From contig CAZOMJ010000076.1 of NCBI GenBank assembly GCA_964581055.1, positions 3,059-67,058 of the forward strand: a stretch of DNA of 64,000 bases. The letters are read 5' to 3'. Under the pieces are notes generated by a model that had not been told where the DNA came from, made no database searches, and saw only the letters and a program-made list of their open reading frames with translations. Source of the DNA: an uncultured Candidatus Kuenenia sp. (GTDB taxonomy: Bacteria > Planctomycetota > Planctomycetia > Pirellulales > UBA1268). Made by a program: the position numbers and the translations under genes. Positions 26,119 to 36,714 of the stretch are shown one piece after another (within the stretch, counting starts at the first letter, position 1; each line of letters begins with the position of its first letter).

Positions 26119-29079
26119 CTAACTGTGGAAGGCGGCGGAGAGCAGTTCGTTCTGCTCAAGGTCATGGCTCTTTTTGGAGCCGGTGGCGGGGCTGGCGGCA
26201 CTCTGCCGACAGACACCCGAAAACGGGAAGCGATCGAGCAACTTCTCCCCGAAGTGGATGCGGAAGAACCGCCAGGCTCCCATGTTCTCCGGCTCTTCCT
26301 GCACCCAGACGGCCGGCGTGCCCGGCGCGTAGTCCGCCAGTGCCGCCTCCAGCGCCCGCTTCGGCAGCGGATAGAGCTGTTCGACCCGCACGATGGCCAC
26401 GTCGCGACGCCCGAGTTCCTGCCGACGCTTTTCCAGTTCGTAGGCGACCTTGCCGGAGCAGAGCAGAATCCGGCGGATATCCCGCGCAGGCATGGCCGAC
26501 GCATCGGGAATCACCCGCTGAAACGTGCCCTTCACGAGATCGTCCATGCTCGACACGCAGGCCGGATTTCGCAGCAGGCTCTTGGGCGTCATCACGATCA
26601 GCGGCTTCCGCCATACCCGCAGCACCTGCCGCCTGAGGCAGTGGAACATCTGCGCGGGAGTCGTCGGCTGCACCACCTGGATGTTGTCCTTGGCCGCCAG
26701 CGACAGAAAACGCTCAAGCCGCGCGCTCGAGTGCTCTGGGCCCTGCCCCTCGAAGCCGTGCGGCAGGAGCATCACGATACCGGAGAGCCTGTTCCACTTG
26801 TCCTCGGCGCTCACGATGAACTGGTCGATCACGACCTGCGCGACGTTGACGAAGTCGCCGAACTGCGCCTCCCACATCACGAGTCCGTCGGGGCAGTCGA
26901 GGCTGTAGCCGTATTCGAAACCCAGCACCCCCATCTCCGAAAGCGGGCTGTTGTAAATTTCGACCGGCGCCTGGTCCGGCGAGAGGTGCTCGAGAGTGCA
27001 GTAGGTGTCGTCGGTGACCGCATCGTGGATGACGGCATGACGGTGGCTGAACGTGCCACGCTGGCTGTCCTGCCCCGAGAGCCGAATCCGCAGCCCCTGG
27101 GTGGCAAGAGTCGCGAGGGCCAGCGCCTCCGCAGCCGACCAGTCGAGCGGCTGCCCGCCCCGTGCCATCTGCTGACGTGCCTCGAGAAACTTCTGAATCT
27201 TGGCGTGGGGCTGGAAGCCTTCCGGCAGCGCCACGAGCCGGTCGAGCAGATGCTCGAGCACCTCGCGCCGCACACCGGTATCGACATCGGCGGCCTCCCG
27301 CTCGCGACCACCCACATAAAACGCCCAGACGCCGCCCACGTCGCTCCGGTGCACGTAGTCGTCGCTTTTGGCGACCGACAGTTCCGCATCGAGCCGGGCC
27401 CGGTGCTCGTCGGCGATCTGCATCGCCTCCTCACGGGTGATCTCGCCGAGCTTCAACAGCTTTTCCAGGTAGCTCTCGTGCACGCTCGGCCGCCGCTCGA
27501 TCACGCGATACAGCGCCGGTTGCGTGAACGCCGGCTCATCGGCCTCGTTGTGGCCGCGGCGGCGGAAGCAGTACATGTCGATGACGACGTCGCGTTGGAA
27601 CTCGCGGCGGAAATCCATGGCGAGGTTCACCACCTGCGCCACGGCCTCCGGATCCTCGCCGTTCACGTGGAAGATCGGGATCTGCAACATCTTCGCCACG
27701 TCGGTGGCATACATGCACGACCGCGACTCCCGCGGGCCGGTCGTGAAGCCAATCTGGTTGTTGACGACGACGTGCAGCGTGCCGCCGGTGCGGTAGGCCT
27801 CCAGCTCGCTGAGGTTCAGCGTCTCCTGGATGATCCCCTCGCCCGCGAAGGCCGCGTCGCCGTGAATCAGGATCACCATGCCGTTCTGCCGGGACTGATC
27901 CGCGGAACGGTCCTGCCTCGCACGCATGCGGCCGATCGCCACCGGATTCACGAATTCCAGATGGCTCGGATTGAAGCAGAGCGTGAGGTGCACGCTCCTG
28001 CCGTTTGCGGCGCCGTAGTCGGTGGAATGGCCGAGGTGATACTTCACGTCGCCCCGGCCCACGTGCAGTTCCGGATCCATGTCGGCAAACTCACGGAAGA
28101 TCCGCTGCGGGCTCTTCCCCATGATGTTGGCGAGCACGTTCAAGCGTCCGCGGTGCGCCATCGCCAGCACGATGTCGCCGATGTCCTGCGACGCCGCCCG
28201 CTCGATCGACATCTCGACCAACGGAATCAGGCTTTCCGATCCCTCCAGCGAGAAACTCTTGGCGCCGAGGAACCGCTTTTGGATGAACTCCTCGAAGACC
28301 GCCGCGGTGGTCATCTGGCGGTAGATGCGGAGCTGCTGCTTGCGATCGAGCTGGATTCGGTTCTCACACCCCTCCATCCGCACCTGCAGCCACTGCCGCA
28401 CCCGCAGGTCGTCCATGTGCATGAACTGCACGCCGATCGACCGGCAGTAGGTGTTGCGCAGCCGCTTGATGATCTGCCGCAGCGACATCGACTGCGGCCC
28501 CTCGATCGTGTCGGTCGAGAACGACCGATCCATGTCGGCTTCAGTGAGGTGGTAGAACTGCGGATCGAGTTCTGGCAGGCCCGGCCGCGGCCGGCCAAGC
28601 GGATCGATCTCGGCCATCAGGTGGCCACGCACCCGGTAGGCCCGCACGAGTTGGTCGACGCGGTCCTGTAGGAAGGCCACCCGCTCCTCACCCGCCGTGC
28701 CCGTCGCCACCGGCAACGGCAGCGGCATCGCCTCTCCCGCCGGCGCGCTGGGCAGCCGCACGTCACCGTTGGCGATCGCCACGGCGTGTCCCGTGGCGAT
28801 GCCGTCGGGGGCCACGAGCTTTTTGACAGGGAGGGTCGCCACCGGCGCATGCACGGCTCCATTGCTGCCGCCGGCGATACTCGGCCCGGGCCGGTGGGCA
28901 GAGCCGTTGGCCGTCTCGCCCGCGGGCGTCTGAGGCACGGCCCCCGGCCGCAGGGAGTCGAAGTAGATCCGCCATTCGGGATCCACGCTGGCCGGGTCGT
29001 TTTGATACTGCTCGAAGAGTTCCTCGAGGAAGGCGAGATTCGCAGTTCCCGCCGCATCGATACTGTCGGTCGTGCTCAC
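26119..29079 (-). CDS. sucA: 2-oxoglutarate dehydrogenase E1
   Basis: 'KRFSLEG'-like ([10 protein letters not shown]), '[10 protein letters not shown]', ThDP motif '[10 protein letters not shown]', 'WEAQFGDF' and '[12 protein letters not shown]'. Confidence 0.97.
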   Translation of the reverse strand: MSTTDSIDAAGTANLAFLEELFEQYQNDPASVDPEWRIYFDSLRPGAVPQTPAGETANGSAHRPGPSIAGGSNGAVHAPVATLPVKKLVAPDGIATGHAVAIANGDVRLPSAPAGEAMPLPLPVATGTAGEERVAFLQDRVDQLVRAYRVRGHLMAEIDPLGRPRPGLPELDPQFYHLTEADMDRSFSTDTIEGPQSMSLRQIIKRLRNTYCRSIGVQFMHMDDLRVRQWLQVRMEGCENRIQLDRKQQLRIYRQMTTAAVFEEFIQKRFLGAKSFSLEGSESLIPLVEMSIERAASQDIGDIVLAMAHRGRLNVLANIMGKSPQRIFREFADMDPELHVGRGDVKYHLGHSTDYGAANGRSVHLTLCFNPSHLEFVNPVAIGRMRARQDRSADQSRQNGMVILIHGDAAFAGEGIIQETLNLSELEAYRTGGTLHVVVNNQIGFTTGPRESRSCMYATDVAKMLQIPIFHVNGEDPEAVAQVVNLAMDFRREFQRDVVIDMYCFRRRGHNEADEPAFTQPALYRVIERRPSVHESYLEKLLKLGEITREEAMQIADEHRARLDAELSVAKSDDYVHRSDVGGVWAFYVGGREREAADVDTGVRREVLEHLLDRLVALPEGFQPHAKIQKFLEARQQMARGGQPLDWSAAEALALATLATQGLRIRLSGQDSQRGTFSHRHAVIHDAVTDDTYCTLEHLSPDQAPVEIYNSPLSEMGVLGFEYGYSLDCPDGLVMWEAQFGDFVNVAQVVIDQFIVSAEDKWNRLSGIVMLLPHGFEGQGPEHSSARLERFLSLAAKDNIQVVQPTTPAQMFHCLRRQVLRVWRKPLIVMTPKSLLRNPACVSSMDDLVKGTFQRVIPDASAMPARDIRRILLCSGKVAYELEKRRQELGRRDVAIVRVEQLYPLPKRALEAALADYAPGTPAVWVQEEPENMGAWRFFRIHFGEKLLDRFPFSGVCRQSAASPATGSKKSHDLEQNELLSAAFHS

Positions 29080-29090
29080 TGGTGGCCCTG

Positions 29091-29131
29091 CAGGTCGTGG
29101 CGTTCAGGTCGTGGCATTCAAGTCGTGGGTT
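29091..29131. repeat. Three 13-14-bp tandem repeats just upstream of the sucA start
   Basis: caggtcgtggcgtt / caggtcgtggcatt / caagtcgtgggtt. Confidence 0.8.
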
Positions 29132-29189
29132 CGGAATTCACATCGGAGGCAGAAAGCAGCGGCGGTCCTCACGTTCACATCGCCGGCAC

Positions 29190-30542
29190 TCACATCGCAA
29201 GCAGGAGACGTCCCGGGCTCTCCAGGTATCCGATGACCTCCTTGAGAAACCGGGCGGCAGCGGCGCCGACGATCACGCGGTGGTCGTAAGAGAGCGACAA
29301 CGGCATCATCAGCCGGGCCTCGATGCGGTCGTCGCGGACGACCGGAATCTTGCGAGAGCGGCCCACCAACAGGATCGCCACCTCGGGCCAGTTGATGATC
29401 GGCGTGGAATAGGTCCCGCCGATCGCGCCGAGGTTGCTGATCGTGAACGTGCCGCCGCGCAGATCCTCGATGCCATACTGGGCGTTCTTCGCCTTCTCGG
29501 CGGTGTCGGCGACAGCCTGCGCGATCTGCGGAATCGACATTTCGTCGCAGTTGCGGAGGACGGGCACGACCAGACCGCGGGCCGTGTCGACTGCCAGGCC
29601 GATGTTCACGTAGTCCTTGTAAACGAGCTCGCCCTTTTCCATGTCGATGGAGGCATTCACGATCGGATGCTGCCGAAGCGAAAGGCTCACCGCCTTGATC
29701 ACGAAGCCGAGTGCGGTCAGCTTGACGTTGCTCTTCGCGTATTCCTGGGCGCTCGCCTTGCGGAGATTCTCCAGTTCCGTCACGTCGGCGTCGTCAAAAT
29801 TTGTGAGGTGCGGAATCGTCGACACGCTGCGGACCATGTTGGCAGCGATCGTCTTCCGCATCCGCGACAACTGCTCACGGCGAACCGGCCCCCAGTCATC
29901 CCGTTCCGTCGAGGCGGGGTCGGCCGAACGGCCCCTCGTGGACGTGCCCTGACCGCCCGCCTGCCGAACGGCGGTGATCACGTCCTCACGCACGATCCGG
30001 CCGGCCGGACCGCTACCCCGCACCCGCCCCAGATCGACACCCAATTCCCTCGCCAGCCGCCGCACTGCAGGACCCGCCGGCTCGACAACGGCCGAGGCCG
30101 CAGCCTCCGGCTCCGCCACCGCAGCCCGCGTGCTGCTCGCAACGGCGGCAGCCGCGACCGGAGCGGCAGGCGGCGCAGCAGCCGCGACCGGCTGAGCAGG
30201 AGAAGGAGCGGCAGCCGCGGCTGGCTTCGGTGCGGGTGTCGGTGCCGGTGCCTGCGCCGGTGCTTGGGCCTGCGGAGCCGCCTTGGCCGGAGCCGCGGCA
30301 GCGCCGGCGGCATCGAGCACCACGAGGGCCTGCCCCACTTTGACGGTATCGCCCTTCTTGACGAGCACCTGGGCGATCCGGCCGCCCGGCGGACACGGCA
30401 CTTCGATCACCGCCTTGTCGGTCTCCACCTCCAAGAGCGCCTGCCCCGGCTTCACCACATCGCCTTCCGACACGAAGACGGTCACGACATCGCCAGACGC
30501 GATGTTTTCGCCCAGATCGGGCAGCTTGAATTCGGTTGCCAT
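29190..30542 (-). CDS. aceF: Pyruvate dehydrogenase E2 (dihydrolipoyllysine acetyltransferase)
   Basis: Single lipoyl domain (ETDKA), Ala/Pro linker, E3-binding domain and catalytic domain. The active-site motif reads DHRVIVG. Confidence 0.92.
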   Translation of the reverse strand: MATEFKLPDLGENIASGDVVTVFVSEGDVVKPGQALLEVETDKAVIEVPCPPGGRIAQVLVKKGDTVKVGQALVVLDAAGAAAAPAKAAPQAQAPAQAPAPTPAPKPAAAAAPSPAQPVAAAAPPAAPVAAAAVASSTRAAVAEPEAAASAVVEPAGPAVRRLARELGVDLGRVRGSGPAGRIVREDVITAVRQAGGQGTSTRGRSADPASTERDDWGPVRREQLSRMRKTIAANMVRSVSTIPHLTNFDDADVTELENLRKASAQEYAKSNVKLTALGFVIKAVSLSLRQHPIVNASIDMEKGELVYKDYVNIGLAVDTARGLVVPVLRNCDEMSIPQIAQAVADTAEKAKNAQYGIEDLRGGTFTISNLGAIGGTYSTPIINWPEVAILLVGRSRKIPVVRDDRIEARLMMPLSLSYDHRVIVGAAAARFLKEVIGYLESPGRLLLAM

Positions 30543-30644
30543 GGACTCCGTTGCTCTTGTTTGGCGTTTGGGTTAGCGATTGGGTAAGTGTTTGGGGAGG
30601 TATCGACGATTGAAAAAGCAGTTCACTGCGGAGTGCAGCCCGCT

Positions 30645-33479
30645 TCAGGCCGATGCGGCATCGACCTTGTCAGGATTCACACCCAGCTTCCGGATGGCCT
30701 CGGCGACGACGTGCGCCCCGATGGCCCCCTCAGCCGCCAGCCGCGACAGCGTGCCGATGGCGATGCACTCGGCATCGACCTCGAAGTGCCGCCGTAGCGG
30801 ACCACGAGTGTCGCTGCGACCAAAGCCGTCGGTGCCCAGCGTGAACAGCCCACCCGGGATCCAGGGATCGAGCTGCTCGGGAACCGTCCGCACGTGGTCG
30901 CTGGCCGCCACGAAAACACCCTTCGTGCCTGCCACCGTCTCTTCGAGATAGCTCCGACGGGGCGCGGACTCGGGGTGGAGCATGTTCCAGCGACGGCACT
31001 CCAGTGCCTCGCGACGCAACTCCTTCCAACTGGTCACGCTCCACACGGTGCTGGCGACACCCCAGTGCTCGGCCAGCAGTTCGGCGGCCCGGATCACCTC
31101 CCGCAGGATGGCGCCCGAGCCGAGTAGGTTCACGTGAGGCAGCGGCGCCGGCGACGCCGCCGGCACCTCGCGCAGCCTGTACATGCCCTTGAGAATGCCC
31201 TCTGCGCATCCCGGAGGCATCGGGGGCATCTCGTAATTTTCGTTGTAGACGGTGATGTAGTAGATCCAGTCCTCGCCCTTGGCGTACATGCGATCCATGC
31301 CGTCCAGCATGATGACCGTGGCCTCGTAGACGAACGCCGGGTCGTAGACCTTCACCGTGGGATAGGCGATGGCGAACAACTGGCTGTTGCCATCTTGATG
31401 CTGCAGCCCCTCGCCGGCGAGCGTCGTCCGGCCGGCCGTGCCGCCAAGAAGGAAGCCGCGGGCCCGGCAGTCGCAGGCGGCCCAGATCTGGTCGCCGATC
31501 CGCTGGAACCCGAACATCGAGTAGTAGATGAAGATCGGGATCATCGGCACGCCATGGCTGGCGTAGGCCGTGCCAGCCGCGATGAAACTCGAGATGCTCC
31601 CGGCCTCGGTGATGCCCTCCTCGAGGATCTGCCCGTCCTTGGCCTCACGGTAGTAGAGCAGCTGATCCGAGTCGACCGGCTCGTAGAGCTGGCCACTGTG
31701 GGCATAGATGCCGCACTGCTTGAACAGTGGATCCATGCCGAATGTCCGCGACTCGTCGGGCACGATAGGAACGATGTACTTGCCGACGTGCTTGTCCTTC
31801 AACAGCGACGCCATCAACGTGACAACGCCCGTGGTCGTGGAGACCTCGCGACCGGCACTCTTCTCGATGAAACTCGTGTATTCTTCGAGCGTTGGCGTCT
31901 TGAGCAGCGGCGCCTTCGTGGGCCGCGTGGGCACGGGACCGCCGAGTGCCTCGCGACGCTCACGCAGATACTTCATCTCGGGCGAATCTTCCGGCGGCCG
32001 GTAGAAGGGAGCCTTGGCGACCTCGTCGTCGGAGATCGGAATCCCGAACCGGGTGCGGAAAGCCCGCAACTCCTCCTCGTTCAGCTTCTTCTGCTGATGG
32101 GTGACGTTGCGTCCCTCGCCCACCTCGCCGAGGCCGTATCCCTTGATCGTCTTGGCGATCACCACGGTAGGCTTGCCGTGGCACTTCATCGCCGCGTCGT
32201 AGGCCGCATAGACCTTCTCTGGATCGTGGCCGCCGCGACGCAGCTTCTTGAGCTTCTCGTCGGAAAGGTGCGCCACCATCTCAGCCAGTTCCGGATCGCC
32301 GCCGAAGAAGTGCTCGCGGATGTAGCCGCCGGGCATGACGACATACTTCTGATACTGGCCGTCGACGATCTCGTTCATCCGCTTGACGAGCTTTCCCTTC
32401 TCGTCTTTCGCGAGCAGCGAATCCCACTCGTCGCCCCAGATCACCTTGATCACGTTCCAGCCCGCACCACGGAAGACGCCTTCCAACTCCTGGATGATCT
32501 TGCCGTTGCCCCGCACCGGTCCGTCGAGCCGCTGCAGATTGCAGTTGATGACGAACACGAGATTGTCGAGTTTCTCACGGGCCGCCAGCGAAATCGCGCC
32601 GAGCGTCTCGGGCTCGTCGCACTCGCCGTCGCCGATGAAGGACCAGACGTGCTGCTTGCTCGTGTCCTTGATGCCGCGATCCTGCAGATACTTGTTGAAG
32701 CGGGCCTGGTAGATGGCCATCAGCGGCCCGAGCCCCATCGACACGGTGGGGAACTCCCAGAAATCCGGCATCAGCCACGGATGCGGGTAGCTCGAAAGCC
32801 CGCCCCCCTCGGCCAATTCGCGGCGGAAATTCTCCAGCTTCTTCTCGCTGAGCCGCCCTTCGAGAAACGCGCGGGAGTAGATGCCTGGTGAGGCATGCCC
32901 CTGGAAATAGACCTGGTCGCCGGAGTAGTCATCCCCGCGGCCACGGATGAAGTGGTTCATCGCCACCTCGACGAGCGTTGCCGACGAGGCGAAGGTGGAG
33001 ATGTGGCCGCCGATGCTCTTGTCTTCGCGATTGGCCCGCACGACCATCGCCATCGCGTTCCAGCGGATGATGCTTTTGATCCGTCGCTCGAGTTCGCGGT
33101 TGCCCGGAAACGGCGGCTGTTTTTCGGGCGGAATCGTGTTGATGTAGGGAGTGGTGGTGGAGAACGGGATCGGCACTCCCAGCCGGTAGGCCTCCTGCTC
33201 GATCGCATGAAGGAGATACGCGGCCCGGTCGGCTCCACGGCTGTTGATAACGTACCGCAGCGAGTCCAGCCACTCGGTCGTTTCGGTCGGATCCGCATCG
33301 ACCGCCGCGACACCGTCGGCACGCACCGGCTGTCCGCTCGTGCTGTCGCTCATCTGGCCGATCGACATGGGAGCGTGGGCCCCACGGGGCAGGTTCCCGC
33401 CCGCACCGGACCGCCCGTTCGCCCCCGCCGCCTCGTCAACAACTTCACTGCCGGTCTGATCGATGTCGGGGCTGGCCAT
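30645..33479 (-). CDS. aceE: Pyruvate dehydrogenase E1, homodimeric AceE type
   Basis: 'GGHISTFAS', 'YFQGHASPG', 'GLSSYPHP', 'GDGECDEPE', 'NCNLQRLDGPV' and 'GEGLQHQDG'. Start uncertain (33479 or later). Confidence 0.96.
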   Translation of the reverse strand: MASPDIDQTGSEVVDEAAGANGRSGAGGNLPRGAHAPMSIGQMSDSTSGQPVRADGVAAVDADPTETTEWLDSLRYVINSRGADRAAYLLHAIEQEAYRLGVPIPFSTTTPYINTIPPEKQPPFPGNRELERRIKSIIRWNAMAMVVRANREDKSIGGHISTFASSATLVEVAMNHFIRGRGDDYSGDQVYFQGHASPGIYSRAFLEGRLSEKKLENFRRELAEGGGLSSYPHPWLMPDFWEFPTVSMGLGPLMAIYQARFNKYLQDRGIKDTSKQHVWSFIGDGECDEPETLGAISLAAREKLDNLVFVINCNLQRLDGPVRGNGKIIQELEGVFRGAGWNVIKVIWGDEWDSLLAKDEKGKLVKRMNEIVDGQYQKYVVMPGGYIREHFFGGDPELAEMVAHLSDEKLKKLRRGGHDPEKVYAAYDAAMKCHGKPTVVIAKTIKGYGLGEVGEGRNVTHQQKKLNEEELRAFRTRFGIPISDDEVAKAPFYRPPEDSPEMKYLRERREALGGPVPTRPTKAPLLKTPTLEEYTSFIEKSAGREVSTTTGVVTLMASLLKDKHVGKYIVPIVPDESRTFGMDPLFKQCGIYAHSGQLYEPVDSDQLLYYREAKDGQILEEGITEAGSISSFIAAGTAYASHGVPMIPIFIYYSMFGFQRIGDQIWAACDCRARGFLLGGTAGRTTLAGEGLQHQDGNSQLFAIAYPTVKVYDPAFVYEATVIMLDGMDRMYAKGEDWIYYITVYNENYEMPPMPPGCAEGILKGMYRLREVPAASPAPLPHVNLLGSGAILREVIRAAELLAEHWGVASTVWSVTSWKELRREALECRRWNMLHPESAPRRSYLEETVAGTKGVFVAASDHVRTVPEQLDPWIPGGLFTLGTDGFGRSDTRGPLRRHFEVDAECIAIGTLSRLAAEGAIGAHVVAEAIRKLGVNPDKVDAASA

Positions 33480-33560
33480 GGCGTGCTCCGGAAAGGTGGG
33501 CGAACTTTGCCCATTATTCCGATGGTTCCGGGGGGCGTAAAGCCCATTCGCCATACCCGC

Positions 33561-34985
33561 CTACTTGGCCGTTTCCGCACGGGGTCGGTAGATCTCGGTG
33601 GCGAGTCCGAAATAGTTTTCGGCCGAGAAGGCCACCGTCTCGCTGAGCGTCGGATGCGGATGGATCGACTCCATCAGATCGCGGGCCGAGCATCCCATCT
33701 CGATGGCCAGCACGCCCTCCGCGATCAGTTCACCGGCCCCGGGCCCAACGATGCCCACGCCGAGCACGGTGTCGGTCTCGGGATCGATGAGCACCTTCGT
33801 CATGCCGTCTGTCCGCCCGAGGGCATGAGCCCGGCCGCTGGCGGCCCAGGGATAGCGGCTGATCTCGACCGTGCGGCCCGACGCAGCCACATCGTTCTCG
33901 GTGAGCCCCGCCCAGGCGATCTCGGGATCGGTGAACACCACGGCGGGAATGGCCCGCGGGGCGAAGACCGCTGGTTCGCCATGAAGGGCCTCCACGGCTA
34001 CCTTCCCTTGGTGGCTCGCGCGATGCGCCAACATCGGCTCGCCGCACACGTCGCCAATGGCGAGGATGTGCGGATCTGCCGTCTGCTGCCTGTCATCCAC
34101 CTCCACGAAACCCTTCGCGCTGATCTTCACGCCAGTGCTTTCCAGACCGATGCCGTCTGAATTCGGCCGCCGCCCCACTGCCACCAGCACCCGCGAGAAC
34201 TCCCGCACGCTCGGCCCCTCGGGCCCCTCGAAATGCACACGGACCGATTGGCCGGCATCCTCCATTTTCACGACCTTCGTGCGGAGGTGGATCTTTTCGA
34301 ACAGCTTCTCGAGCCGTTGCTGGAGCGGCTTGACGAGGTCGCGATCCGCGCCGGGCAGCAGCGTGTCGGTGAGTTCGACGACCGAGACCCGCGTGCCCAA
34401 CTCTGCATAGACGGTGCCCATCTCCAGACCGATGTAGCCGCCGCCCACGACCAGCAGCGATTCCGGGATGTCGGCCAGTTCCAGCGCGCCGGTTGAATCC
34501 ATCACCCGCGGACTGCCGATGTCGAAGGCTGGGATCCGAGCCGGTCGGGATCCGCTGGCGAGGATGCAGTGGTCGAACGTGAGCGTCTGGCTGGCACCGC
34601 CCGGCGTCGTGGCCGCGACTTCCAGCGTATTGGGATTCGTGAAGCGGGCATTTCCCCGCACGATCGTCACGTTGCGACGCCGTGCCAGTTGGGCGAGACC
34701 GCCGGTGAGCGTGGAAATCACCTTGTCTTTGCGAGCCCGCAGGGCGTCGATGTTCACCGAGGGCTGCCCGAAGTTGACCCCCCACTCCTCCATCTCCCGA
34801 GTTTCCGCGAGTACGCGGCCGACGTGCAGGAGCGCCTTCGACGGAATGCAGCCCCGCAGCAGGCAGGTGCCGCCCAGGCGTTCGTCTCGCTCCACCAGGG
34901 TCACCGCCATGCCGAGATCAGCCGCCATGAAGGCCGCGGCATAGCCGCCCGGACCGCCGCCCAGCACCACCAGTGGAACATGCAT
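33561..34985 (-). CDS. lpdA: Dihydrolipoyl dehydrogenase (E3), copy next to aceE
   Basis: 'VLGGGPGGYAAAF.AADLG', 'GGTCLLRGCIPSK' and 'HPHPTLSE'. Start at MHVPLV. Confidence 0.96.
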   Translation of the reverse strand: MHVPLVVLGGGPGGYAAAFMAADLGMAVTLVERDERLGGTCLLRGCIPSKALLHVGRVLAETREMEEWGVNFGQPSVNIDALRARKDKVISTLTGGLAQLARRRNVTIVRGNARFTNPNTLEVAATTPGGASQTLTFDHCILASGSRPARIPAFDIGSPRVMDSTGALELADIPESLLVVGGGYIGLEMGTVYAELGTRVSVVELTDTLLPGADRDLVKPLQQRLEKLFEKIHLRTKVVKMEDAGQSVRVHFEGPEGPSVREFSRVLVAVGRRPNSDGIGLESTGVKISAKGFVEVDDRQQTADPHILAIGDVCGEPMLAHRASHQGKVAVEALHGEPAVFAPRAIPAVVFTDPEIAWAGLTENDVAASGRTVEISRYPWAASGRAHALGRTDGMTKVLIDPETDTVLGVGIVGPGAGELIAEGVLAIEMGCSARDLMESIHPHPTLSETVAFSAENYFGLATEIYRPRAETAK

Positions 34986-35092
34986 CGCTCGGGAATCTCC
35001 TGAAATTGCAGGGGGAGGGCTGGGGTCGATCAAACGACGGCCGTTGTTGTAGTTTCGCCCTGCCAGTTGTTCAAGAAACACCCCCGCAGGAA

Positions 35093-36595
35093 ATGAGGCT
35101 CCCCATGCTGTCGCGGCGGGCTTTCACGCTCGATTTCCGCAGCCTGGCCGCCTTCCGGGTGGCGATCGGCCTCCTCGTGGCCGTCGACGCCCTGCTCCGC
35201 AGCCGCGACGTCTCGCTGATGTTCGGGCCGGACGGGATGTTTCCGCTCCCGATGTTGCGGCAGTACCTGAACGATCCCTGCGCCTGGTCGCTCGCCACGC
35301 TCATCGACGCCGAGTGGTGGGGGCGGGCCGTGCTCTGCCTGGAAGCCGCGGCGGGCCTGCTGCTGGCGGCGGGATGCGGCACGCGCTCTGCCACGATCGC
35401 GTCGTGGGTGGCCGTTGTGAGCGTCCTGCGCCGGACGGCGCCGGCCACCAACGCCGGCGATGCCTGGCTGGCCTGCCTGCTCTTTTGGGGGATGTTCCTG
35501 CCGCTCGCGGCCACCTGGTCGTGGGATGCCCGCCGCGGCAACAGGCGGAGCGAGATCTGCTCGACCGCGACCGTTGCCCTCGTGCTGCAGATCGCCGTCG
35601 TCTATCTGGCGGCAGGACTGTCCAAGTGGAACAACGCATGGCTGTCGGGAGACGCCATCCGCTTCGCCATGTCGGTCCACGACCACGGCACGCCGCTGGG
35701 AGCATGGCTGCTGGGCACTGGATGGCTGGCCCAGCCTATCTCGTTGGCGGTCGTCGCGATTGAACTCCTCGGACCGGTGCTTCTGATCGCATGGCCGTCG
35801 GCCCGCGTCCGCATGAGTCTCGTCGTCGTGTTCATGTTCTTTCACCTCGCCAGTTGTGTCACGATGACCGTCGGGCTCTTTGGATACGTCGGACTGGCGG
35901 CCTGGCTGGCGGTGGTGCCGCGGGAGGCGTGGGACATGCTCGGCGGACGGGAATCGCCCGCCTGCCAGGCCCCGGGCGCCCCGGCCGGCCGGGAGTCATC
36001 GATCGCGCGATGGGCCTGCCTGGCAGCCGGAACGCTCGCATTGGCAAGCCTCGTGCACGATGTGACGCCATGGCGGGACAGGCCGTTGCCGCGGTCGGTG
36101 AGGTCGCTGATCAACATTCCGTGTATGCACCAGGAGTGGGGCATGTTCGGCGACGTGCAGCGGCAGGAGCAGTGGGTTTACGCGCGGGCGGAACTGGCCG
36201 ATGGCAGCGTCGTTGACCTCCTTCGGGGCGGGCGGCCGCTCGAAGCGGAACGGCCCGCGGGCGGCTTCACGTCCCTGCCCCACCACCGCTGGCACAAGCT
36301 CTTCTGGGTGCTCCCTCGACCTCGGGAGCGGATCTTCGCCCCCGCGATTGCCGCAGCGCTCGTCCGGTGGTGGAATGCAACCAATCCGTCCGCCAGCGGC
36401 GTGCAGTCTTTGGAAATTAGGTTCGCCAGGCTGGGCCGGACGGCGGCCGATGACACCCTGCATGAACTGCTGCTGGCAGCCTGGCCGCCCCGCGACGACA
36501 GCGGCCGCGGCAGCCTCGAGCGACTCCTCGACGGCGCGCACGCCGACCTCGATCGGCGGGCCGAAGGAACGGCCAGCGGATCGACGGTAGACTGA
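35093..36595 (+). CDS. HTTM domain-containing membrane protein
   Basis: 'DFRSLAAFRVAIG', 'YLAAGLSK...W.SG.AI', 'FHL', then C-terminal 'QEWGMF' and 'HHRWHK'. Confidence 0.8.
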   Translation: MRLPMLSRRAFTLDFRSLAAFRVAIGLLVAVDALLRSRDVSLMFGPDGMFPLPMLRQYLNDPCAWSLATLIDAEWWGRAVLCLEAAAGLLLAAGCGTRSATIASWVAVVSVLRRTAPATNAGDAWLACLLFWGMFLPLAATWSWDARRGNRRSEICSTATVALVLQIAVVYLAAGLSKWNNAWLSGDAIRFAMSVHDHGTPLGAWLLGTGWLAQPISLAVVAIELLGPVLLIAWPSARVRMSLVVVFMFFHLASCVTMTVGLFGYVGLAAWLAVVPREAWDMLGGRESPACQAPGAPAGRESSIARWACLAAGTLALASLVHDVTPWRDRPLPRSVRSLINIPCMHQEWGMFGDVQRQEQWVYARAELADGSVVDLLRGGRPLEAERPAGGFTSLPHHRWHKLFWVLPRPRERIFAPAIAAALVRWWNATNPSASGVQSLEIRFARLGRTAADDTLHELLLAAWPPRDDSGRGSLERLLDGAHADLDRRAEGTASGSTVD

Positions 36596-36610
36596 GGCAC
36601 CCGGGGTTCC

Positions 36611-36692
36611 GCGAGAGTGGCGAAACTGGCAGACGCGCTGGATTTAGGTTCCAGTGCCGAAAGGCGTGCGGGTTCGACTCCCGCCTCTCGCA
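36611..36692 (+). tRNA. tRNA-Leu (anticodon TAG)
   Basis: GCGAGAG/CTCTCGC acceptor stem, anticodon arm CTGGA-TTTAGGT-TCCAG, long variable arm GCCGAAAGGC, T loop GGTTCGACTCC. Confidence 0.97.
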
Positions 36693-36714
36693 TTCACCAT
36701 GGCGATTGCGGCGT

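Noticed and set aside
25783-28671. 962-aa plus-strand ORF, and similar long antisense ORFs (19638-21188, 23248-24807, 29082-30587, 31134-32891, 54621-56222)
   Set aside because: These are shadow ORFs opposite well-supported genes, expected in high-GC DNA, with no recognisable motifs.
36178-36693. 171-aa minus-strand ORF
   Set aside because: It starts antisense to tRNA-Leu ('MREAGVEPARLSALEPKSSAS') and overlaps the HTTM gene.
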